IMG/VR virus record: IMGVR_UViG_3300020469_000015
DNA: 64,000 bases
Strand: one strand, 5' to 3'
From: an uncultured virus (IMG/VR IMGVR_UViG_3300020469_000015)
Lineage: Duplodnaviria > Heunggongvirae > Uroviricota > Caudoviricetes
Shown here piece by piece: positions 46,868 to 53,848 of this stretch. Made by a program: the position numbers and the translations under genes. How positions within the stretch are numbered: the first letter of the stretch is position 1; every line of letters starts with the position of its first letter. The notes below the pieces were generated by a model. The model did not search any database. It saw only the letters and a program-made list of their open reading frames with translations, and was not told the origin of the DNA.

Positions 46868-46940
46868 TTGAACCTCCTTTTGTTAAAGCAAAGTTATTTT
46901 TTTATATAAATTGAAACACCCTTATGGCATGCTTCGTAAG
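46868..46940 (-). ncRNA. ROSE-like RNA thermometer in the hsp20 5' UTR
   Basis: AACUUUGCUUU pairs with AAAGGAGGUU (UUGCU opposite the SD); a further hairpin lies upstream. Confidence 0.6.
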
Positions 46941-46973
46941 TATTTATATAATCATTAAATTTCATATTTCAAG
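46941..46973 (-). promoter_or_regulatory. overlapping late promoter TATAAATA and RpoH-like CTTGAA...TTATAT promoter for hsp20
   Basis: TATAAATA at 46941-46948; CTTGAA at 46968-46973. Confidence 0.55.
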
Positions 46974-47060
46974 TGGCAGTTTTTAAAGAGATACTGCCAA
47001 ACTCAATGTCTTGCATTTACGAGAGGCAAGACTTACCTAGGATTTACGAGCTACCTAGAT
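46974..47060 (-). ncRNA. putative small RNA of three tandem hairpins with CUC(G/U)U-AAA loops
   Basis: Stems CUAGG/CCUAG, GUCUUGC/GCAAGAC, UGGCAGU/ACUGCCA; loop CUCGUAAAU twice; TAAATA at 47065-47070. Confidence 0.6.
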
Positions 47061-47067
47061 AAACTAT

Positions 47068-47403
47068 TTATGCGTATGCTTGTCCCTCAAGCGCCATTAA
47101 GCCAGCGGCTACAATCGCTTTTGAAGGTGTACCAATTCTGTAACTAGTACCATTAGAAGATTTATTGATATATACACAATATCCTTCTTCTCTTAACTTA
47201 TCAACAACCGCTCTTGGTCTCTTTAAGTTAAATTTATTTTGTGCGTCAGTCCATGACACACTTGCACCTCTTAACATTGAGTTAAGAAATTTAGTGCTAT
47301 TCGCTATTTTAGCTCTTCCCATAACAACTTTTCCTTTCGTTTTCTTGTTTGTCTTGGTCGTCTTTTCACTATCGCTAATGAAATCTTTTATAAAGTTTAA
47401 CAT
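47068..47403 (-). CDS. small basic winged-HTH-like protein (likely start MGRAK at 47322)
   Basis: PRAVVDKLREEGYCVYIN...YRIGTPS. Confidence 0.7.
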   Translation of the reverse strand: MLNFIKDFISDSEKTTKTNKKTKGKVVMGRAKIANSTKFLNSMLRGASVSWTDAQNKFNLKRPRAVVDKLREEGYCVYINKSSNGTSYRIGTPSKAIVAAGLMALEGQAYA

Positions 47404-47404
47404 C

Positions 47405-47608
47405 TTATTGTTCCCTTTCCCTTATTTTTTTGTTTTTCAGGACACGCTTAATGTTTTCCTTTTTTAATCTGAGTTTTTTTTCTGATGGTTTTTCATAGTA
47501 TTGTCTTGTCTTCAACTCTCTCACTACACCTTCTCTCATAAGTTTTTTCTTAAGCTGTCTGATTGCTTTTTCAACATTATTGTTTTTTACTACAACAGTT
47601 ATTGACAT
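47405..47608 (-). CDS. rpsU: ribosomal protein bS21
   Basis: VVVKNNNVEKAIRQLKKK...GVVRELK.RQYYEKPSEKK. Confidence 0.93.
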   Translation of the reverse strand: MSITVVVKNNNVEKAIRQLKKKLMREGVVRELKTRQYYEKPSEKKLRLKKENIKRVLKNKKIREREQ

Positions 47609-47622
47609 AATATACCCTTTAT

Positions 47623-47696
47623 TGGAGCGGATGGCAGGTAACGCTCCTGCATTTCCAGTTTGGTAAACTGGCGTAATACTTCTATACCACACCCGC
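47623..47696 (-). tRNA. tRNA-Gly with anticodon ACC (atypical D and T loops)
   Basis: Acceptor GCGGGTG/CATCCGC, U73, encoded CCA; anticodon arm CCAGT-TTACCAA-ACTGG; T arm GCAGG-AGCGTTA-CCTGC. Confidence 0.85.
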
Positions 47697-47706
47697 TTGT
47701 TTTAAA

Positions 47707-47751
47707 TCCGTGGACATTGCTGCCCACGGATACGAGGTCTACATTATGAAT
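47707..47751 (-). ncRNA. GNRA-capped hairpin preceded by a segment antisense to early-gene RBS/start regions
   Basis: UCCGUGGGCA-GCAA-UGUCCACGGA; AUUCAUAAUGUAGACCUCGU complementary to ACGAGGUC...AUGAAU at 51406-51423. Confidence 0.45.
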
Positions 47752-47758
47752 GTTTTTA

Positions 47759-48958
47759 TTAAACACTTGGAGTTTCCTCTTCCATGTTTATTGCGTCAAC
47801 ATCATTCGCATTTCCAGATATATCTTCCATGTTAACACCAGCGTCAACTTTAGAATATAAATCTAAGAAACTGTTTTTAGTATCGTCATCAAATCTGTTT
47901 ACACAAACTTGAACAGCTTTAAGTTTATTCTTAAAGATAGCAAAAGCATTAATGATATGCACTAGTCTTCTAGTAGCAATAATCTCATCAACACCGCCAT
48001 CATAAAAAGTTTTTCTAATAACATCTGCCCATTTAACAAGGTTCTCAGTAAACTTAGGATCCTTTAAAGCATAAGCGGACATAACGTTATCTAAAATTTT
48101 CTGTTCTACTTTTACAGGAGGATACTCTTGTTCAAATGTAACAGGAAATCTTTCAAGGAATGCTTCATTGAGTATATTAGTACCAATAAATCTTCCGTCT
48201 TCACTACCTTTACCCTTAGTATTGGCAGTAGCAACAATGTTGAAACCTTCAGCAGGTTCAACAAATTTACCAATCTTTTTAAGGAACACTCCGTTACCTT
48301 CTAAGATAGGTTGCAAACACATAATTTTGTTTGAAGCAAGGTCAATCTCATCTAATAAAAGAAGAGCACCACGCTTCATAGCGTCAACAACAGGACCGTC
48401 ATGCCATACTGTAGCACCGTCAACTAGTCTGAAACCACCAAGTAAATCATCTTCGTCCGTTTCAACAGTTATGTTAACTCTAATTAATTCTCTTTTTAAC
48501 TCAGCACACGCTTGAGTAACACCTAAAGTCTTACCGTTACCAGAAAGACCTGTGATAAATGTAGGATAGAATATTTTAGATTTTACAATATTCTTAATAT
48601 CTTTGTAATTACCAAATGATACGAAAGTTGCCTCTTTATTAGGAACTAAACTCTCAGTATTTTGAGCAGTCTCTTTTAAAGTAACTGTCTCAGCAACTGC
48701 TTTAGTCTTAGGCAATTTCTGTTTGATATTCTTACTAGGGTTTACAACACCGTCAGTAGGTAATTTATATACGCCTCTGCCCACTTTGTAATCTCCTGAA
48801 TTTACTAACCAACTGTTACCAGTAAGGTTAAATTTTGTTTCAATTTCTTGTACTTGCTTTCTTGTTACTGTATCAGTACCAAGTTCTTTAACCGCAAGGT
48901 CAACAAACTTTTTTTGTTTCTCGTTTAACATAATTGTAGTCCTTTCACTTTTTTTCAT
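47759..48958 (-). CDS. cobS: MoxR/CobS-like AAA+ ATPase
   Basis: GLSGNGKT, LLLDEID, ATANTKG, NEAFLERF. Confidence 0.9.
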   Translation of the reverse strand: MKKSERTTIMLNEKQKKFVDLAVKELGTDTVTRKQVQEIETKFNLTGNSWLVNSGDYKVGRGVYKLPTDGVVNPSKNIKQKLPKTKAVAETVTLKETAQNTESLVPNKEATFVSFGNYKDIKNIVKSKIFYPTFITGLSGNGKTLGVTQACAELKRELIRVNITVETDEDDLLGGFRLVDGATVWHDGPVVDAMKRGALLLLDEIDLASNKIMCLQPILEGNGVFLKKIGKFVEPAEGFNIVATANTKGKGSEDGRFIGTNILNEAFLERFPVTFEQEYPPVKVEQKILDNVMSAYALKDPKFTENLVKWADVIRKTFYDGGVDEIIATRRLVHIINAFAIFKNKLKAVQVCVNRFDDDTKNSFLDLYSKVDAGVNMEDISGNANDVDAINMEEETPSV

Positions 48959-48969
48959 AATATAACTAT

Positions 48970-49068
48970 ATCCTATCACACTTTGTTGTTAAAGTCAAGC
49001 GTTATTTCAAATAAAAAACCTTTATATTTCAACGCTTTCCAAATTAATTGCTGTGTCAACATGTCGCA
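48970..49068 (-). promoter_or_regulatory. early promoter TTGACT-17-TAGGAT with CCTTTA-N5-CAACG and TGCGAC-N5-GACACA motifs
   Basis: Motifs shared with the cassettes at 5270 and 51442. Confidence 0.75.
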
Positions 49069-49086
49069 CTTAGTCATTTTTTTCAT

Positions 49087-51429
49087 TTAGGCAACTCTTT
49101 CCACAAATTTATTCAGTAAAACTCTGGATATCTTTTTAGTTTTTAAAGTCTTACCAAATTCTGATTTCATTTTAGCAATTGACATATCTGGATCAATCTT
49201 CGCTTCTTCGTCAACTATCTTTAAATTCTTTTTTGGAATGATAAACAATTCATCATAACCATTACCAACAATAGTACCAACTTTATCTTTACGCATTTGT
49301 TTTCTTACAGCGTCAACACCATTATAACCGGCACCTTCTGGTAAGAAATTTGATATATCATAGTAACTAGCATTATTTCTACTTGTAACATAGAAACCTA
49401 CAACGTTAGTACCAGTAGCATGTCTTAACATATCAAATATAACAGCAGTTGATTTTGTAAATCTATGACTTTCATAAGGATAGTTTTTTCTAGTAATTGA
49501 ATTTTTAATAACTAAATCTGCTCTTTCAGCACCATAATCTAATTCTAACTTGCCATCTACTTCAACAACAGTATTATACATTGAATGACCACAACCATCA
49601 GTTAAAAAGATTGTATTCATTTTTTGTATCTTATGTTTAGCAATAAAGTTTTTAACAATAGTTATAGAAGCAACTACAGCAGGATCCAAAGGAGTACCGC
49701 CAAGTCTCATACAACTAGGTATATCAATTGGTTCTTCATAACTGTCATAATTTCTTCTATGATTATAATATTGAGTATGATACTCACCAAATCTATATAA
49801 GTTTAACATATTCTCATTATACTCAGGAGTTTTTTGGTCACTTGATAACCACTCAATTAAGTTTACGTTTTCAATAAACAAGTCACCGTGTTTATGTTTA
49901 AAAGGATTGTTATTAATATCTCTTGTTGCTCTACTTGAATAACCATAATCATCATCAGCGTCTTTTTTATAGAACGCAGCTCTAGTAATATCTGAAAAAG
50001 CAAATACTCTAAAAGGTATTTGAACTGCTTTACAAAACATTACTAAGTTTAAAGTTTGTTTGATTGTGTCATCAATATTTTGAGACATGGATCCAGACCA
50101 ATCTATAAACATAATCATACCATGATTTTTGGCACCTGGTTCTACTTGAATTTTTTTGAATATATCATCATTGAATTTATATGAGTGAATTTTATTCATA
50201 TTGATAATACCAGTTTTACTTGTCATAGACTTTTTATAATTATCTGCCGCTTTTTTCATTTCAAACTCTTTTGCCATATAAGAGATTGTACCAGATTGTG
50301 ATTTCTTCCACTCTTTAAATCTATTCACACTATTTGCTAACAATCTAGGAGTTGATTGATATTTTACATAGTAATCTTTGTATATCTTAGCAATTTGTTT
50401 TGTAGATACAATAACGTCATCCTCATTAAGACTTGGTAATGTAACATACATACGGTCTCTAGTATTCTCAGACATATTTGATAAAGACTTCATTGCTTCA
50501 TTAAATACTTCATCAGTTAATGAACCGTCACTTTTTGAAGGAGTAATTTTTTCAGGTTGATAATCTGGATTATGACCACCCATGTGACCTTTGTCACCAT
50601 CTACTTTTTGTTTATTATCGTTTTCAGGTTTGTCTTCGTTACCTTGTGAACTACCAGAAGTATTGTCTTCTTGTTTATCTTCTTCTTTATCGCCACCAGA
50701 TTGTTCTTGTTCTTGGTCACCTGGATCCTGACTATCTGAACTATCAGATTGCTCTGATTGATTATCTAATTCATCTTGGTCAAGTTTATCTTGTTCTATT
50801 TCTTTTAACTGTTGATATAAAGGGTCTTTTTCTTTATCGTAATTTTCTTCACCAGAATATTTGAATATTTGTTTTGCAAGGTCAATTACATCATCAAAAG
50901 TTTCTAAGTGATTTGATTTTTCAATAAATGATTTTTCTTGGTCATTAAACTCAATAGTATTTTCTAAGTGACCAGATTTTGTAAACACATTAAGTCTATC
51001 AATAAATCTCATATTGTTTGCTTCGTCACCAATCTTACCAAAAAAGTCTCTAGCAACTAATTCTTTGTAACCGTTAAAGTATGATTTTCTAAGACCAGGG
51101 TATTTTAATTTCATCTTCTTATCAATTCTGATATCTTCAATAACATTCATGTAAGAATGAGGAATATTGTATTTCTTTTTTGCTTCGTTTAATTTTGTCT
51201 CATCAGCAGGAGTCCATAATGCGTGACCAACTTCGTGTCCACATAATAAGTCATAAAGGTCATTAGACATATTGTCCCATATTGGAAGACATAAAGTTCT
51301 AGTCTTAGGTACAAAGTGTGCTGTCTTAACTTTACGGTGTTCTACATTTAGATTTTCTGTTGCAAGTAATTTAGCAAGATTTGATTTTTGCTCTTTTGAA
51401 ATAGTATTCATATTTGACCTCGTTTTCAT
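49087..51429 (-). CDS. CobT-like protein: HExxH peptidase-like domain, acidic linker, vWA (MIDAS) domain
   Basis: HEVGHALWT; IDWSGSM; GGTPL; FLTDG. Confidence 0.88.
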   Translation of the reverse strand: MKTRSNMNTISKEQKSNLAKLLATENLNVEHRKVKTAHFVPKTRTLCLPIWDNMSNDLYDLLCGHEVGHALWTPADETKLNEAKKKYNIPHSYMNVIEDIRIDKKMKLKYPGLRKSYFNGYKELVARDFFGKIGDEANNMRFIDRLNVFTKSGHLENTIEFNDQEKSFIEKSNHLETFDDVIDLAKQIFKYSGEENYDKEKDPLYQQLKEIEQDKLDQDELDNQSEQSDSSDSQDPGDQEQEQSGGDKEEDKQEDNTSGSSQGNEDKPENDNKQKVDGDKGHMGGHNPDYQPEKITPSKSDGSLTDEVFNEAMKSLSNMSENTRDRMYVTLPSLNEDDVIVSTKQIAKIYKDYYVKYQSTPRLLANSVNRFKEWKKSQSGTISYMAKEFEMKKAADNYKKSMTSKTGIINMNKIHSYKFNDDIFKKIQVEPGAKNHGMIMFIDWSGSMSQNIDDTIKQTLNLVMFCKAVQIPFRVFAFSDITRAAFYKKDADDDYGYSSRATRDINNNPFKHKHGDLFIENVNLIEWLSSDQKTPEYNENMLNLYRFGEYHTQYYNHRRNYDSYEEPIDIPSCMRLGGTPLDPAVVASITIVKNFIAKHKIQKMNTIFLTDGCGHSMYNTVVEVDGKLELDYGAERADLVIKNSITRKNYPYESHRFTKSTAVIFDMLRHATGTNVVGFYVTSRNNASYYDISNFLPEGAGYNGVDAVRKQMRKDKVGTIVGNGYDELFIIPKKNLKIVDEEAKIDPDMSIAKMKSEFGKTLKTKKISRVLLNKFVERVA

Positions 51430-51441
51430 AATATACTGTAT

Positions 51442-51565
51442 ATCCTATACCAATTTGGTTAAAAAGTCAACATATATTGGCATAAAATACAAAAAAAGAA
51501 CCTTTATAAATCAACGATTTATTGCTGGTGCGTCATATCGCACAGCCTATGTTCTTGTTTTGTTC
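51442..51565 (-). repeat. early-promoter regulatory cassette, copy 2
   Basis: TTGACT-17-TAGGAT; GTTC-N7-GTTC at 51551-51565; blocks shared with 5270-5393. Confidence 0.85.
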
Positions 51566-52822
51566 TTATCTTCCTACCTGTTTTAGATACTTTTCCTTGG
51601 TTTCTTCCCATGTTAAATGTATCAAGTCATCATAGTAAAGCGTCTCCATGTTTGTCCTTGTTTGGTCAATCAATGATTTAATACGCTTTCTAGCATAACG
51701 TTCTCGCCATAATTCTGATAATGCGTCAACGCTACTCTCAAAACTTTTGACTAGTTTATCTTCAGGTATTTCTTCTCGTAAAAATTCTCTTGTATTATCA
51801 TATAGTGTGGAAAAATAGATACCTCTACTGTGGTCTGACTTTGTTAACTCTTTTGGTATACCTAGTTTACTATATGCAAATGTATGACTTCTATTTCTGT
51901 GGTCTCTCTTATATGGTTGACCTGTAGGTTTTGTAGCACTATACCATTCAAAGTATTTTCTGGTGTGATTTTCCATAATCCACTTTCTTAACATTTGAAT
52001 AGTAGGTTTTGTTGCTTCGTATGATACACTACCTGCACTATGACCTCTTTTCTTCCAATGTCTTAAATTTTGATATTGACTAAAACTACCATATAAACTT
52101 GTAGTTGTAACACCAACCATTGTATCGCCATATTCTTTTTTCCATGTCTCTTGTACTTTATCTGATAAACACATCAACGCAAGTAACTTACCACCTGTGT
52201 AATTATAACCTAGTGGTTGTAGTGGCACAATCGTACTACCTATCGCCGTGTGATTAATCATCTTTTTAGTTTTACGTTCTCTATCCCAACCTATGTAACT
52301 ATCTCTAGGTGTTAAATCTAAAAAGTCACTTGATATACAAATGACACCTAGATATTTCTTTGTTGGTTTATCTCTTACTATAAAGTTTAGATTACGACCT
52401 ATATTGTTATTGTTTTTCATTGTAGAGGCAAATGTTCTTATTGCGTTCCACAATTGTGGTAATTCTGGACTATCTTTTGTATAGATTAGTTCTGGTTGTA
52501 ACTTCTCAAAATCCATAGGATCCTGAGGTGACCATATATTGTTCTTTACATGAGTTAATAGTTTGTCTTTTGATAAATCTACTAATTGACTTTCTTCGCC
52601 AAATAAAGTGTTTACTGTCTGAGCAGGATACTTGTTTTTAACTTCACACCATTTTTGATATAACGTATATTCTTCTACCGTCATACCAGACACATAACCT
52701 AGTTCAGTAATTAAACGTTCTTTAAGTTCGTTTGTATCTATATGTTCGTAAGGTGTAGGGTTTTCTTGTTGAAAGGTCTCCCATTGCTTTTCTAATAAAG
52801 GGTCTATAATTTTTTCTGCCAT
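51566..52822 (-). CDS. DUF4338/DruA-like (Mom/GNAT-related) protein, paralog B
   Basis: PLQPLGYNYTGGKLLA, TTTSLYG..SQY. Confidence 0.65.
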   Translation of the reverse strand: MAEKIIDPLLEKQWETFQQENPTPYEHIDTNELKERLITELGYVSGMTVEEYTLYQKWCEVKNKYPAQTVNTLFGEESQLVDLSKDKLLTHVKNNIWSPQDPMDFEKLQPELIYTKDSPELPQLWNAIRTFASTMKNNNNIGRNLNFIVRDKPTKKYLGVICISSDFLDLTPRDSYIGWDRERKTKKMINHTAIGSTIVPLQPLGYNYTGGKLLALMCLSDKVQETWKKEYGDTMVGVTTTSLYGSFSQYQNLRHWKKRGHSAGSVSYEATKPTIQMLRKWIMENHTRKYFEWYSATKPTGQPYKRDHRNRSHTFAYSKLGIPKELTKSDHSRGIYFSTLYDNTREFLREEIPEDKLVKSFESSVDALSELWRERYARKRIKSLIDQTRTNMETLYYDDLIHLTWEETKEKYLKQVGR

Positions 52823-52834
52823 AATATAGTCTAT

Positions 52835-52863
52835 ATCCTATCACAAATTAATCAAATTGTCAA
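52835..52863 (-). promoter_or_regulatory. sigma70-type promoter TTGACA-17-TAGGAT
   Basis: Consensus with extended TG. Confidence 0.8.
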
Positions 52864-53848
52864 GCCTTGATTGAAAAGCGTTGTAATACCACTCTTTTGA
52901 CTTCAATGTTCTTCGTTTATAGTCTTCTAATATCTCATTATACTTTTCTTGCCAGCTATTATTTGTTCTCATTTCTTCAATTTTAGAATATAAATGTTCT
53001 ACATCTGTTACCCTTTGCCATTCGTTTCCAACTATTGTATTGTTTACGTCATATTTCATATGAACAAATGGTATTATGCCACATGCTAATGCTTCGTGGT
53101 ATCTACTTGTTGTTGCTGTCTCACTCATCCAGTTAAAACACATTGTTGTTTTACCATTTGTTAAGTGTGGTAATAGATTTCTCATCTTATCTATTTTCTT
53201 ATCTCTTTGTACACCTGAAAACTTACCAATCCAGTATGCACTAATTTTTTTCTCTTTGTATATTTGTTTAAAGAAAGTGTGTCTTATATCTCCACTATCA
53301 ACATTATCTGCCGTCTTTCTTTTGTCTGTACCCCAATATACAAAATCATATGCTCTTGTACCTTCTTCTAGTTTAGGTGGTATTGCGTCTGTGATAAAAT
53401 GATACTTCATAGCATGTATGCCACCTTCAATATCTATTTCATCTAATATACTTACCTTACCTATATCAAATCCTTTAAATGTTTTGTTTCTGTATAGTTC
53501 TTCATTATCTGCTCTATCACTTCTCATTATAATAATATGTTTGTCTGCCAACATGGCACCTATCTCTTGTACCTTTTCGTTACTACGAAATACTTGTCTA
53601 TTGTCCTGAAAATTTTTGATATGGAATGTAAACTCATTCTCACTTGGTATTAGAATAACATCACTATCTTTAATATCATCCATTTTTTGTCTGTTTGCAA
53701 AACCAAAACCAAAGTTGTAATATCCATATTGATGTTGTGGTCTTTGTATTTGATATTTTTTATATAACTCATAAAAAGAATCCATAATATCTAATAACGG
53801 TTCTTTGTAATTTGTTCCACTTCTTAATCTAGCAATTGTTATTTTCAT
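52841..53848 (-). CDS. GT-B glycosyltransferase, T4 beta-glucosyltransferase-like
   Basis: MKITI start, DFVYWG..RK, TSRYHEALACG..PFV...YD. Confidence 0.6.
   Translation of the reverse strand: MKITIARLRSGTNYKEPLLDIMDSFYELYKKYQIQRPQHQYGYYNFGFGFANRQKMDDIKDSDVILIPSENEFTFHIKNFQDNRQVFRSNEKVQEIGAMLADKHIIIMRSDRADNEELYRNKTFKGFDIGKVSILDEIDIEGGIHAMKYHFITDAIPPKLEEGTRAYDFVYWGTDKRKTADNVDSGDIRHTFFKQIYKEKKISAYWIGKFSGVQRDKKIDKMRNLLPHLTNGKTTMCFNWMSETATTSRYHEALACGIIPFVHMKYDVNNTIVGNEWQRVTDVEHLYSKIEEMRTNNSWQEKYNEILEDYKRRTLKSKEWYYNAFQSRLDNLINL

Noticed and set aside
46974..47060. CRISPR-like mini-array
   Set aside because: The repeated part is a 9-nt loop inside variable stems, not repeat-spacer units; no cas genes in the window
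47609..47692. N-terminal extension of the 47405..47692 ORF
   Set aside because: It is the tRNA sequence read in frame; bS21 starts at 47608
50560..50800. Low-complexity Asp/Gln/Ser stretch as a DNA repeat
   Set aside because: It encodes the acidic linker typical of CobT-like vWA proteins; no true tandem unit
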